Source: Candidatus Binataceae bacterium
GTDB lineage: Bacteria; Desulfobacterota; Binatia; Binatales; Binataceae
DNA length: 64,000 nucleotides
NCBI GenBank assembly: GCA_015478645.1
Contig: JADMIL010000004.1
Location: 34,555-98,554 of the forward strand
Reading direction: 5' to 3'
The notes under the pieces were generated by a model. The model ran no database searches. It was not told where the DNA came from and worked only from the letters and a program-made list of their open reading frames with translations. The translations under genes were made by a program, and so were the position numbers. This document shows positions 38,803 to 48,465 of this stretch, piece after piece; position 1 is the first letter of the stretch, and every line of letters starts with the position of its first letter.

Positions 38803-39696
38803 TCACCGCTCGATCCTCACCGCCGACTCGACCCGCGGGCCGATAAACCGCCGCCCCACCCGCACAAACCGCTCCGGCGTCTCGGTGACGAAAAAACTCT
38901 GCGCGCCCCGCCCGCCGCCGCGCCGCCCGAGCTTCAGCGCGGCCAGCCGCGCGCTCACCGCCGCCGCCGTCGCCGTCGCCGAATCGACGATCTTCACCCG
39001 CGGCCCCAGCACCCGCTCGAACAGCCCCGTCAGCAGCGGGTAATGCGTGCAGCCGAGCAGCAGCGTGTCGATCCCGCTCGCCTTCAGGCTCTCCAGGTAA
39101 TAGGCCACCGCGCGCTCGGCGATCTCGTTGTCGACAAAGCCCTCCTCGACCAGCGGCACCAGCAGCGGACAGGCGCGCGTGTAAATCTCGGCCCGTGGCC
39201 GCAGCCGCTGGATCGCGCGCGTGTAGGCGCCCGACGCGATCGTCGCCTCGGTGCCGATCACGCCAATTTTGCCCGAGCGCGACGCCTTGACCGCCGCCCC
39301 CGCGCCCGGCTCGATCACCCCGGCCACCGGCACCATCGTATGGCGTTCGATTTCGTCCAGCGCCACCGCGCTCGAGGTGTTGCACGCCACCACCAGCAGC
39401 TTGACCCCCTTGGCCAGCAGGAACTCGGTGTTCTCGCGCGAGTAGCGCACGATTATCTCGTTCGACTTGGTGCCATAGGGCAGGCGCGCCGTGTCGCCCA
39501 GGTAGATAAAATCCTCGCCCGGCAGAATCGCGACCAGCGCCTTGAGCACCGTGAGCCCGCCGATACCGGAATCGAACACGCCGATCGGCCGGGCGCGGGC
39601 GTCGGTCGCGCGCGCCGGCGCCGCCCGCGCGCGCGTCCCGCGTCCGTTCGCCCCGCCTTTGCCGCGGACGTCTGGCGCGCCGCTTCGCCCCGCCAT
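38803..39696 (-). CDS. murI: Glutamate racemase
   Basis: IGVFDSG.GGLTV, D.AR.PYG.K, VACNT.S, LGCTHYP. Confidence 0.97.
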   Translation of the reverse strand: MAGRSGAPDVRGKGGANGRGTRARAAPARATDARARPIGVFDSGIGGLTVLKALVAILPGEDFIYLGDTARLPYGTKSNEIIVRYSRENTEFLLAKGVKLLVVACNTSSAVALDEIERHTMVPVAGVIEPGAGAAVKASRSGKIGVIGTEATIASGAYTRAIQRLRPRAEIYTRACPLLVPLVEEGFVDNEIAERAVAYYLESLKASGIDTLLLGCTHYPLLTGLFERVLGPRVKIVDSATATAAAVSARLAALKLGRRGGGRGAQSFFVTETPERFVRVGRRFIGPRVESAVRIER

Positions 39697-39699
39697 CGC

Positions 39700-40800
39700 T
39701 CAGCTCCCGGCCAGCCGCGCGCCCAGCGCATGCGGCGCCGGCGGCGCTGCGCCAAAGACCCGGCGATGCACGCTTGGGCTTTCCATGCACAAGTACGCCG
39801 CGAGGTTCGCATCCGCCAGCTTGATTCGTTCACGTAACTTTTCGTAGAGTCCCACGCGCAGCGGCGTAAACGCGCGCATCCGCCCGTCCGGCGCCATCAC
39901 CTCTTCGCCCACCAGCATCGGATCGCGCGGAAAGCGCCGCCGCGCCGCGCCGCGCAGCCCCGGCGTCATCCGCAGCCCGCCCATGCTGATAAAGGCGATC
40001 CGCCCCGGATCGATCGCGTCGAACAGATCATCCAGCAGCGCCAGGTAATCGCGCGCCGCGCCCTCGTACGCGATGATCGGGTCCAGATGAAACGCGACCT
40101 TGTAGCCCGCCTCCAGCACCCGGCACGCCGCCGCGATCCGCGCCACGGGCGGCGCCGTGCGATGCTCCGTCGTGGTGAAGACCCGCGCGGGCGAAAGCGT
40201 CCACGAAACCAGCGTGCGGCCGCGCGGATCGATCGCCAGCAGATTTTCGATCTCGTCGGTCTTGGTCTTGAATTCCAGCAGCAGCCCCTCGCGCCGCGCG
40301 AAATAATCGACCAGGTCGCGGCTGATTCCGGTCAGCCGGTCGAAGGCCAGCGAATCGGCCAGCTCGCCCGTGCCGACCCGGATCGCGCGCGCGGGCGCGT
40401 TGCGCCCGATTCGATCGAGCTCGCCGAACAGATCGGCGTAGTTGGCGTAAATCTGGAAGCCGGGATTGTCGGCCAGATATTCCTGCAAAAAACAGTAGCC
40501 GCAATCCATCGGGCAGTTCGAGGCGAGTGCCGCGATCAGATAGCCGCAGCAGGCGAATTCGCTCGACCCCGCCGGACACGCCATCACGAACGGCGACCGC
40601 CGCCGCAGGATAATCATGCGCCGCTTGCCCGCGCCAAACGGGTCGGCCGCGCCCGCCGCGGGCCGCGCCGCCACGCGCCCGTCGGCCACGTAGCGCACCG
40701 CCACGCCCGCCGGCAGGCCCGCGATCACCCGCGCGGCCAGCGCGCTCGAACGCTCGCCTTCCTCTATATAGAGCGCGTCAAGTTCAAATCTCGTCGTCAT
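39700..40800 (-). CDS. Spore photoproduct lyase-like radical SAM protein
   Basis: NCPMDCGYCFLQ (CxxxCxxC), GTGE..DSL, E.KTK, RI.AA, H.DP, YLCME. Confidence 0.8.
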   Translation of the reverse strand: MTTRFELDALYIEEGERSSALAARVIAGLPAGVAVRYVADGRVAARPAAGAADPFGAGKRRMIILRRRSPFVMACPAGSSEFACCGYLIAALASNCPMDCGYCFLQEYLADNPGFQIYANYADLFGELDRIGRNAPARAIRVGTGELADSLAFDRLTGISRDLVDYFARREGLLLEFKTKTDEIENLLAIDPRGRTLVSWTLSPARVFTTTEHRTAPPVARIAAACRVLEAGYKVAFHLDPIIAYEGAARDYLALLDDLFDAIDPGRIAFISMGGLRMTPGLRGAARRRFPRDPMLVGEEVMAPDGRMRAFTPLRVGLYEKLRERIKLADANLAAYLCMESPSVHRRVFGAAPPAPHALGARLAGS

Positions 40801-41353
40801 CGCTATGCGCGCCGCCTACCATCTCGGCGATCTTGCCCAGTCCGGCGCGATGGCCCGCAATTGCTGCGATCAGCCGCTCGAGCTGCGCGCCGCCATGCGC
40901 CGAAATTTCGACCCTGACCTCATCAGAGCCCAGCTCGCGCGGCAAGACCACGCGGATTTCAGCCGGCAGGCCGAGCGCCGCCACCGCCGCCGCGATCCGC
41001 TCGGCTGCAACCTTGAGCCGCGGAAAGCGCATCGCGCGCAGCGCCTCGAGCAGCTCCCGCGCGCGGCCCGGCGCCGATCCGATCCCGTCAAGTATCCGCC
41101 GAATCTCGCCTCCGGCAAGGATCGTCGCGGGCGGCACGCCCGCACGCACCGCAAGCTCCTCGATCAGATCGAACGCCGCGGCGAACTGTCCCGTGCGCAG
41201 ACGCAGCGCACTCGCGACGTTATACAGGGCGGCGCGATCGCCCTCGCCCAGCGCATGCCAGCGCGCGCGATAGGCCTCCGGCAGCCGCCGCTCCGCCGCC
41301 CAGGCATCGATCGCGGCGTCGATCGCCGCCGCCTCCGTTCGCTCCGCATTCAT
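40784..41353 (-). CDS. Hypothetical protein
   Basis: Overlaps the SPL-like start; helical, L..MRFPRL motif; host-like codon usage. Confidence 0.65.
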   Translation of the reverse strand: MNAERTEAAAIDAAIDAWAAERRLPEAYRARWHALGEGDRAALYNVASALRLRTGQFAAAFDLIEELAVRAGVPPATILAGGEIRRILDGIGSAPGRARELLEALRAMRFPRLKVAAERIAAAVAALGLPAEIRVVLPRELGSDEVRVEISAHGGAQLERLIAAIAGHRAGLGKIAEMVGGAHSDDDEI

Positions 41354-41368
41354 TGCTTTGCTCCGCAT

Positions 41369-42340
41369 TCATCGCGCGCCACTCACGCCGCCATCGCGGC
41401 GAATTTGCGCGCGCATCGCCGCGGCCGCCGCGATTGCGCTCGGCTGCGCGCCGTCCGCGCGCCACGCGCTGTCCGCCTCGGCGGCAAAGCCCAATATCAG
41501 TTGCGCAGCCTCGCCGCGCCCGCGCCGCATCAGACCCTGCGCGTAGATCCCGCACTTCTCGGCAATCACATCGCAGACCGCATCGCGCCGCATCGGATTC
41601 AGATCGTGCCCGCCCAGCAGTTTGAGCAAAGCCAGGATACGAAACCGATCGATCGCCGGGACCGTCGCCGAGAGTTGTCCGCGATGCCCCGCGTGGCGCG
41701 TCGCGTGATACTCGGCGAGGTAGCCGATCTCGTGGCGCACGAGGATGCGCAGCCACAGGTCGTAGTCCTCGGCCGCCGTCAGATCCTCGTCGAAGCCACC
41801 GGCCTCGCGCAGCGTCGCGTTACGGATCATCACGGTCGACGGCGTCACCAGGCAGGTGCGCAGCGCGTCGATAAAGATATCGCCCGCGCGCTTGCGATGC
41901 CGCGCCGGCGGATTCACGCGTACGCCATCCCTCACCCACCATTCGTCGGTCTGCGCGATTGCGTACTCCGGATGCGCGCGCATGTACGCGAGCTGGCGTG
42001 CCAGCTTGTCCGGCCCCCAGCAATCGTCGGAATCCAGCAACGCGATCAGCGGCGCCGCCGCCAGCGCGATACCGCAATTGCGCGCCGCCGCCACGCCGCG
42101 ATTTTCCGTGCGCGCGATCCGCATCGTCAAACGCTCGCCCAGCGCGCGATTGACCGTCGCCGCCGTCCGCTCGAGTTCACGCCAGGTGCCGTCGGCCGAG
42201 CCGTCGTCGATCACGATCAGCTCAAACGAAAATTCGCCGTCCGCCACGCGCTGCGCGATCACCGACGCGATCGCCGCGCCGACCATCGCCGCCCGGTTGC
42301 AGGTCGGAATAATCACGCTGACGGCCGGCCGCATGCGCAT
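41369..42340 (-). CDS. Glycosyltransferase family 2
   Basis: VSVIIPT.NR, IDDGS.D, GV.AARN.G, LDSDD.W..KL..Q, EDYDLWLR. Confidence 0.92.
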   Translation of the reverse strand: MRMRPAVSVIIPTCNRAAMVGAAIASVIAQRVADGEFSFELIVIDDGSADGTWRELERTAATVNRALGERLTMRIARTENRGVAAARNCGIALAAAPLIALLDSDDCWGPDKLARQLAYMRAHPEYAIAQTDEWWVRDGVRVNPPARHRKRAGDIFIDALRTCLVTPSTVMIRNATLREAGGFDEDLTAAEDYDLWLRILVRHEIGYLAEYHATRHAGHRGQLSATVPAIDRFRILALLKLLGGHDLNPMRRDAVCDVIAEKCGIYAQGLMRRGRGEAAQLILGFAAEADSAWRADGAQPSAIAAAAAMRAQIRRDGGVSGAR

Positions 42341-42350
42341 CGCGCGCACT

Positions 42351-42959
42351 CTACTCCGCTCCGAACGCGCGTAGCCGCCGTGCACCGCCACCGTCCCTCG
42401 CGCAGGCTAATATGCGCCCGCGCAACTGGTCGAGCCCGGCGCCGTCGAGCACCGAGCACATGATCGGATCGTCGCTCAGCGCGGCAAATCGTTTGCGCGC
42501 CTCGACCCGTCCCGCATTGCGGATTTTGTCGAATTTGGTCGCCACCGCGATAATCTCGCAGCCGCGCGCACGCACCATCGCCGCCAGCTCCAGCTCCTCG
42601 CGCTCCGGTCCGCGCCGCGCGTCGGCCAGCATCACCAGCGCACCCAGGTGCTCGCGATACTCCAGGTACTCGCGCAGCATCGCGGCGATCTTCACCGCGT
42701 CCGTGCGCGCCATTTTGGCGTAGCCGAAGCCCGGCAGATCGACCAGCGCGAGGTTCGTTCCCACCGCGAAGAAGTTCACGCAGCGCGTGCGCCCCGGCGT
42801 TTTGCTGGTCCGCGCGAGACCCTTGGCGCCCGCCAGCGCGTTGAGCAGCGAACTCTTGCCGACGTTCGAGCGCCCGGCCAGCGCGACTTCGACGCGCGAC
42901 CACTTTGGCGCGTCGCTCAACGCAAACGCCGAGCTGATAAATTGCGCCTCGAGTCGCAT
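42351..42959 (-). CDS. engB: GTP-binding protein EngB/YihA
   Basis: GRSNVGKSSL.N, SKTPGRT, DLPG.GY, TK.DK. Confidence 0.95.
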   Translation of the reverse strand: MRLEAQFISSAFALSDAPKWSRVEVALAGRSNVGKSSLLNALAGAKGLARTSKTPGRTRCVNFFAVGTNLALVDLPGFGYAKMARTDAVKIAAMLREYLEYREHLGALVMLADARRGPEREELELAAMVRARGCEIIAVATKFDKIRNAGRVEARKRFAALSDDPIMCSVLDGAGLDQLRGRILACARDGGGARRLRAFGAE

Positions 42960-43071
42960 CACCGTGTTCTAGCATTACCGCGCCGCGCATGCCGACCCGC
43001 CATCAGCGCCGCGCGATTGGCGCGCGCCACCCGATCGCGACGCACCGGCAAACCGCCGCGCGCAAATTCGC

Positions 43072-43626
43072 TCAGCGCGCAAACGTGCCGATCAAGTCGC
43101 CGCGCGCCAGCACGTGTCCGGCCATTGCGCGTTTAAGCGTCGCCGCATCGACCCCGGGTTTCAGATCGAGCGTCGTATCGAGCGCATACAGCCGAAAGTT
43201 GTAGTGATGCGCCCGGCCGGGCGGCGGACATGGCCCATGGTAGCCAATCTCACCACGTTGATTCATGCCCTGCACACCACCGCCAGCGATCGTCGGTGCG
43301 ATCGCCACGCCGGCCGGCAGCACCGTGCGCCTGGCGGGCAAATTATAGACCACCCAATGGATAAAGATTCCGCCCGGCGCGTCGGGATCCTCGACGAGCA
43401 GAGCAAAGCTGGCGGTATCCGACGGCCCCTCTGTCCACGTTAGCCCAGGCGACTTGTTTTCGCCCGAGCAGGTGTATACAGCGGGTATCGGCGCATTCGC
43501 ATCAAAACCCGAGCTATGTATCAACAATGCGGGTGCCGCTGTCTCGGCCGGGCATAGCGACGCCACAACACCGATAAAGATAAAGAAAGACGCGAAAAGG
43601 ACGCCACCGCTACGTAAGGTTTGCAT
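43072..43626 (-). CDS. YbhB/YbcL (PEBP) family protein, secreted
   Basis: C.G.N.SP.L.W, DPDAP, HWV.YN, GY.GPCPP....HHY.F. Confidence 0.92.
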   Translation of the reverse strand: MQTLRSGGVLFASFFIFIGVVASLCPAETAAPALLIHSSGFDANAPIPAVYTCSGENKSPGLTWTEGPSDTASFALLVEDPDAPGGIFIHWVVYNLPARRTVLPAGVAIAPTIAGGGVQGMNQRGEIGYHGPCPPPGRAHHYNFRLYALDTTLDLKPGVDAATLKRAMAGHVLARGDLIGTFAR

Positions 43627-43903
43627 GTTTCCACCTATCGAGGTCTTGCTAAACAAAAAGTTTCCGCATTAAACGTAAAGGAGATAAGCGAAGTAGAACC
43701 GATAGAGTGCGACAACACCCAAAGAAGCATCGAACAAACTGTTGAAAGTGCGACATATCCCTCTTGACCCGCAATTATACTTTTCGATACGCTTGGTGTT
43801 GTCAAAGCTGGCTTACTAAAGCAAGGTGCCTAGAGCGACCGAAGCAGCTCACAATCTTTGCCGACGGGGAATGCGACGGGTCGGCACGCACTGGAGAAAG
43901 AAC

Positions 43904-44122
43904 GTGGCAGAACCCAAGTACAACTTGCCCCGCGTGATGACCGTGAGGGAGCTCTCGGCTTACCTTCGCGTACATCCGTCCACCATTTACAAGCTGCTTC
44001 GCCGTGGCGAGCTGCCGGGATTTCGCATCGGCACGGATTGGCGCTTTAACGCCGAGGTTATCGACCGCTGGTGCCTCGAGCGGAATATGAAGCCGGCCGA
44101 CGAGCAGATGCGCGGCAACTGA
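43904..44122 (+). CDS. Excisionase-like HTH_17 DNA-binding protein
   Basis: MTV.ELS.YLRVH.STIY.L...G.LPGFRIG..WRF....ID.W; RBS GGAG before GTG. Confidence 0.85.
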   Translation: MAEPKYNLPRVMTVRELSAYLRVHPSTIYKLLRRGELPGFRIGTDWRFNAEVIDRWCLERNMKPADEQMRGN

Positions 44123-44231
44123 ATCGCGCGCTTAGTTGCGCTTCGATCAGTCTTGATTCGTCGAGTGAAAAGCTGCGGCGTTCGCCTGGAATCTGGTGAA
44201 CGCCGCAGTTGGTTTTGGTTTCGCCTCCGGT

Positions 44232-45011
44232 TCAGTCGGCGCGGCGCCGGGTGCCGGGCGCGGCGGGCGTGTCGACCAGGCGCGGGCCTGACGGCCGCAC
44301 CTCGAGCGCGCGGCCGAACAGACTGTCGTCGGTGATCAGGGTCAGCACGGCCGCTGCGATCGCCGACGGCTGAATGATCGTCGCCGGAATCCCGGCGCTG
44401 TGACCCGCGCGCTTCGCCTCCTCGATCCCCTTGCGCACCAGCGGCGTGTCGACCACGCCCGGACAAACGCAGTTGGCGCGGATATTGCGCTTGGCCGCCC
44501 ATGGTGCGAGCGAATAGGTGAAGTTCACAACGCCGGCCTTGGCCGCGCCGTAAACCGGATCGTCCTTGTACGGATAGAGCCCCGCCATCGACGCCGTGTT
44601 GACGATCGCCCCGCCCTTCGGATCCATCAGCGGCGCCGCCAGGTAGCAGCCTAGGATTACCGCCTGAAGATCGATATCGATCACCCGCCGCCAGCGCTGG
44701 ATCGAAGCCGCCGGATAGCCGGGCAGGCCCACCGCGATACCGGCGTTGTTGTAGAGAATATCCAGCCCGCCAAAGCGCTGGACCGCGGTGTCGAGCATCC
44801 GCCGGGTGTCGTCCTCGCCGGTCACGTCGACCTTGACGAACACGGCGCGGCCCCCGGCGGCGGTGATTTCCGCAACGGTTTCAGCGCCGCGCGCTTCGGC
44901 CAGATCGGCAATCACGATCGCGGCACCGCACGCGGCGAGCAATTGCGCGGTGGCGCGGCCGATACCCGACGCGCCGCCAGTGATAACTGCGACTTTTCCC
45001 TTTGGATCCAT
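44232..45011 (-). CDS. Short-chain dehydrogenase/reductase
   Basis: TGGASGIG, NNAG, S..G....YGAAK, CPG.VDT. Confidence 0.95.
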   Translation of the reverse strand: MDPKGKVAVITGGASGIGRATAQLLAACGAAIVIADLAEARGAETVAEITAAGGRAVFVKVDVTGEDDTRRMLDTAVQRFGGLDILYNNAGIAVGLPGYPAASIQRWRRVIDIDLQAVILGCYLAAPLMDPKGGAIVNTASMAGLYPYKDDPVYGAAKAGVVNFTYSLAPWAAKRNIRANCVCPGVVDTPLVRKGIEEAKRAGHSAGIPATIIQPSAIAAAVLTLITDDSLFGRALEVRPSGPRLVDTPAAPGTRRRAD

Positions 45012-45067
45012 CTTTGACCTCGCGCTTTGATCTCGCGGAAATTCTGGCGGCAATCCGCGCCGCGGCT

Positions 45068-45469
45068 CTAGCCGATCCGCCCGAGCATCACGCCGAAGAT
45101 CAGTCCCGCGAGCACGTAGGCGGTGGCGGCGACAAAAACATAATCGCGCTCTTTAAGAAAAAGAAAAAACGTAAACGCGACGCGGGCCAGCGGCACCAGT
45201 GTCAGGATATAGAGGCCGATCGTCATAATGGCGTGCGGGTCGCCGCGGTGGGCGCCCTGAACCAGTTGCGCCCAGCCTTCGTTCTCATGGATGTGGCCGT
45301 GCTGAACGGCGTGATAACGGGCCACATAGTAGCCGGGCGCCTGCGTCGCCATCGCGACCATTCCGGCGACCAGCACCACGGTGCTCATGACCAGCGTGGT
45401 GCGCAGAATCCGCGGCGTCCAGATTCTGAGAACGCGATCTTCTTCGCTGGTAACCGAATCTTTCGCCAT
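45068..45469 (-). CDS. DUF1634 family membrane protein
   Basis: Three TMs, G...L.L.P..RV; usual partner of TauE/SafE. Confidence 0.75.
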   Translation of the reverse strand: MAKDSVTSEEDRVLRIWTPRILRTTLVMSTVVLVAGMVAMATQAPGYYVARYHAVQHGHIHENEGWAQLVQGAHRGDPHAIMTIGLYILTLVPLARVAFTFFLFLKERDYVFVAATAYVLAGLIFGVMLGRIG

Positions 45470-45472
45470 GGT

Positions 45473-46345
45473 TCAAAACCCCGAGAGCGCGCGCCAGCCC
45501 ATTTCAATCGCGATCAGGATGAGAATGACGATGAAGAGCTTTCTCAGCGCCGTCACGTTGAGGTGCGGCAATAAGCGGCTGCCGACGAGCGCGCCGGCGG
45601 TGACGCCAAGAGCCACCGGTGCGGCGACCGCGGTGGCAATATCGCCGCGGGCCAGGAAGACCAGCGCACCCGCACCGGCGGTAACGCCAATCATGAAATT
45701 GCTGGTCGCGCTCGAAACTTTGAGCGGCAACTTCATCAGATAATCCATCGCGGCAACCTTAAGCGCGCCCGATCCGACGCCGAGCAGCCCGGACATCACG
45801 CCCGCCACGACCATCAGCGCCGCGCCGCCCGGCAAATTGACGACGCCGTAGGTTCGCTCGACGCCATCGTCGCCGATCACGACTCCGCCCATCCGCAAAC
45901 GCGCGCACAGCCGATCGCTGGTGGGGACCAATTCATCACCATGCTTGGTGATCGAGAAATACGCCGATTGCAGCATCATCAGCGCAAAGAGCATCTCGAG
46001 CATGGGTGCCGAAATGACTCCGGCCATGTAAGCGCCGGTCACCGCGCCGGTGACCGTGGCGCATTCCAGGATCATCGCGACGCGCAGATTGGTCCAGCCG
46101 TCGCGCACGAAGGCCACGCTGGCGCCGGCGCTGGTCGCGACCACCGAGATCAGGCTCGCACCGACCGCGATATGCATCGGCACGTGAGCCAGGATGACCA
46201 GCCCCGGAACGATGAAAACCCCGCCGCCCAGACCGGACAGCGCGCCGACGAAGCCGGCGCCGATTGCCAAGGCGAATAATCCAGCGACGATCGTCAGCAC
46301 AAGGTGTGCTCTGGTGAACGATGACTCATACAATCCCCTCTGCAT
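45473..46345 (-). CDS. TauE/SafE sulfite exporter family protein
   Basis: G.LSGLGGG.F.VP, A.GASL..V.ATS, SGLLG.GSG..KV, S.ATSNFMIGVTA; start may be at 46300. Confidence 0.9.
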   Translation of the reverse strand: MQRGLYESSFTRAHLVLTIVAGLFALAIGAGFVGALSGLGGGVFIVPGLVILAHVPMHIAVGASLISVVATSAGASVAFVRDGWTNLRVAMILECATVTGAVTGAYMAGVISAPMLEMLFALMMLQSAYFSITKHGDELVPTSDRLCARLRMGGVVIGDDGVERTYGVVNLPGGAALMVVAGVMSGLLGVGSGALKVAAMDYLMKLPLKVSSATSNFMIGVTAGAGALVFLARGDIATAVAAPVALGVTAGALVGSRLLPHLNVTALRKLFIVILILIAIEMGWRALSGF

Positions 46346-46390
46346 GCCGCCCGGGAGCCTGCCCCGCAGCGGCCGATGCGGCCCCGCGGC

Positions 46391-47674
46391 CTAGCGCCGA
46401 AAGACCTCCGCTTCGCCGATCGGCAAGCCCAATGCGTGCCGGCGCAGCCAGTCGAGCGCGACCTGCGACGTGAGCAGCTTGACCCAGTCGCGCGTGCCGC
46501 GAAACTGGTAGCGGCGCGAGGTGCTGACGCCCTCGGCCGCAAGCGCGATACACACCGTGCCCACCGGATGCTCGGCGCTGCCGCCACCCGGCCCGGCGAT
46601 GCCCGAGGTCGCGACCGCAAGGTCGGCGCCGGTCCGCGCGCGCGCCCCCGCGGCCATCTCGCGCACGCATTCCTCGCTCACCGCGCCATGATTTTGCAGC
46701 GTCTCTTCACGCACGCCGAGCACGCTGATCTTCAATTTATTGGAGTAAGTGACGAGGTCGCCCTCGAAATAGCTCGACGAGCCGGCGACGTTGGTCAGGC
46801 GATGGCCGATCAGGCCGCCGGTGCACGATTCGGCAATCGCGAGCTTGAGCTTGCGCTCGGTCAGCAGACGCCCGACGACCTCTTCCATCGAGCATTCGCC
46901 CTCGCCGTAGATATAGCTGCCGACGCGGCCGCGCACCCGCTCGCTCAATTCGTCGAGCCGCTGCTCGGCGCGTCCCGGCACGTCTTCGACCATCACCTTC
47001 ATCGAGATCTGCGGAAAGCTCGCGCGAAAGCCGACCTTGGCCTCTTCGGGTTTGATCAGTCCGGCGACCGCTTCGTCGAGTCCCGATTCGCTGATGCCGA
47101 AGGTCTGGAAAATGCGCGTGGCGAAGACCTTGTCGCTGCCGCGATTGAGGCGAATCCACGGGATGACTTCGTTCTCCATCATCGGCTTCATCTCGCGCGG
47201 CACGCCCGGCATCACCACCAGATGCGCGGTATGGCGCGCCTGCGGCACCGCCATGCGAAAGCCCGGCGCGGTGCCGATGGGATTCGTGATGACCTCGGCG
47301 GTCTCGGGAAATAGCGCCTGCTTGATGTTGTTCTCGGGCATCACGCGGCCGATCGATTCGAACATCCGCTTCATCTGCACGACCGAGGGCTCGTGGCGCC
47401 ACAGCGCCTTGCCGGTCAGCCGCGCGACGATCTCGGTGGTCAGATCGTCGGCGGTCGGACCGATACCGCCGGTCGAGAGCACCAGGTCCGCCATCTCCAT
47501 CGCCGTGCGCCAGGCCCATTCCAGGCGCTCGGGCACATCGCCGACGGTCAGCACGGCGATCAGGTCGACGCCGATTTCATTGAGCTTGTCGGCGAGATAG
47601 TTGGAGTTGCTGTCGACCACCTTGCCGGTGGTGATTTCGTCGCCGGTTGAGAGGATCACCGCTCGTTGGATCAT
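46391..47674 (-). CDS. cinA: Competence/damage-inducible protein A (MoCF-like plus NMN deamidase)
   Basis: GDEI..G...D.N, GG.GPT.DD.T, PGVP.EM, AESCTGG, GAVS, GIAGPGGG. Confidence 0.95.
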   Translation of the reverse strand: MIQRAVILSTGDEITTGKVVDSNSNYLADKLNEIGVDLIAVLTVGDVPERLEWAWRTAMEMADLVLSTGGIGPTADDLTTEIVARLTGKALWRHEPSVVQMKRMFESIGRVMPENNIKQALFPETAEVITNPIGTAPGFRMAVPQARHTAHLVVMPGVPREMKPMMENEVIPWIRLNRGSDKVFATRIFQTFGISESGLDEAVAGLIKPEEAKVGFRASFPQISMKVMVEDVPGRAEQRLDELSERVRGRVGSYIYGEGECSMEEVVGRLLTERKLKLAIAESCTGGLIGHRLTNVAGSSSYFEGDLVTYSNKLKISVLGVREETLQNHGAVSEECVREMAAGARARTGADLAVATSGIAGPGGGSAEHPVGTVCIALAAEGVSTSRRYQFRGTRDWVKLLTSQVALDWLRRHALGLPIGEAEVFRR

Positions 47675-47734
47675 CGAGGTCTCCTGCGCGGGCGTCGCGC
47701 GACGCCGCGATCGGAATAATGCACGCCGCCGGAT

Positions 47735-48196
47735 TCACAAAATGCGGCGGGCGATTTGCAGCACGAGGTTGGCATAGATGCCCGCGGCCAGATCGTCAAG
47801 CATCACGCCGGCGCCGCCGCCGACCTGGCGATCGAAATAGCTCGCCGGAAACGGCTTGATAATATCGAAGATGCGGAACACGACGAAACCGCCGACCAGC
47901 CAAATCCATCCGGTCGGATTCATGAACATCGCCGCGATCATGCCGAGCACTTCGTCGAGCACAATCCGTGAGCTGTCGTGCTCGCTGAAAATCTTCTCGG
48001 CGCTGCCCGCCACCCAGCACGACGCGATGAAGACCGCTATGAAGATCATTACGAAGGCGGCGGGCGAACGCATCCACAGAGGCGCGCAGACGAAGTATCC
48101 CACGATGAGGCCGACGACCGAACCCGCCGTGCCCGAGGCCACGGGCGCGTAGCCGCTGTAGGCTCCGGTGGCGAGGAAAATAATGAACTGGCGCAT
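47735..48196 (-). CDS. pgpA: Phosphatidylglycerophosphatase A
   Basis: GY.P..SGT.GS, HD...IV.DEV.G, FR.FDI.KP.P, GVM.DD..AG. Confidence 0.95.
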   Translation of the reverse strand: MRQFIIFLATGAYSGYAPVASGTAGSVVGLIVGYFVCAPLWMRSPAAFVMIFIAVFIASCWVAGSAEKIFSEHDSSRIVLDEVLGMIAAMFMNPTGWIWLVGGFVVFRIFDIIKPFPASYFDRQVGGGAGVMLDDLAAGIYANLVLQIARRIL

Positions 48197-48275
48197 CGCG
48201 ATCCGTACGAAGGCGCGACCATAGCACGGCGGCGCGCGGGTGGTAAGCGCGCGCCCGCGAGCGCCCCTACGCTAG

Positions 48276-48383
48276 GAAACCTCTGCGCAAGTTAGGTTGT
48301 CATTCTGAGCGCAGCGAAGCATCCCGGATCCGGGACCCATGCGCTGCGCTCAGGGTGACAGCAGAGCCTGGTGCAGAGGTTCC
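48276..48383. mobile_element. MITE copy 2
   Basis: CTAG-GAAACCTCTGCGCAAG ... GTGCAGAGGTTCC-CTAG; near-identical to 28642-28750. Confidence 0.8.
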
Positions 48384-48465
48384 CTAGTGCGATCACCCGC
48401 GCGCCCTGGTCGTTGGCGGCGGCCTGGGCGCGCCAGCGTCGATCGCGATCAGGCGGGAGGGCGCG

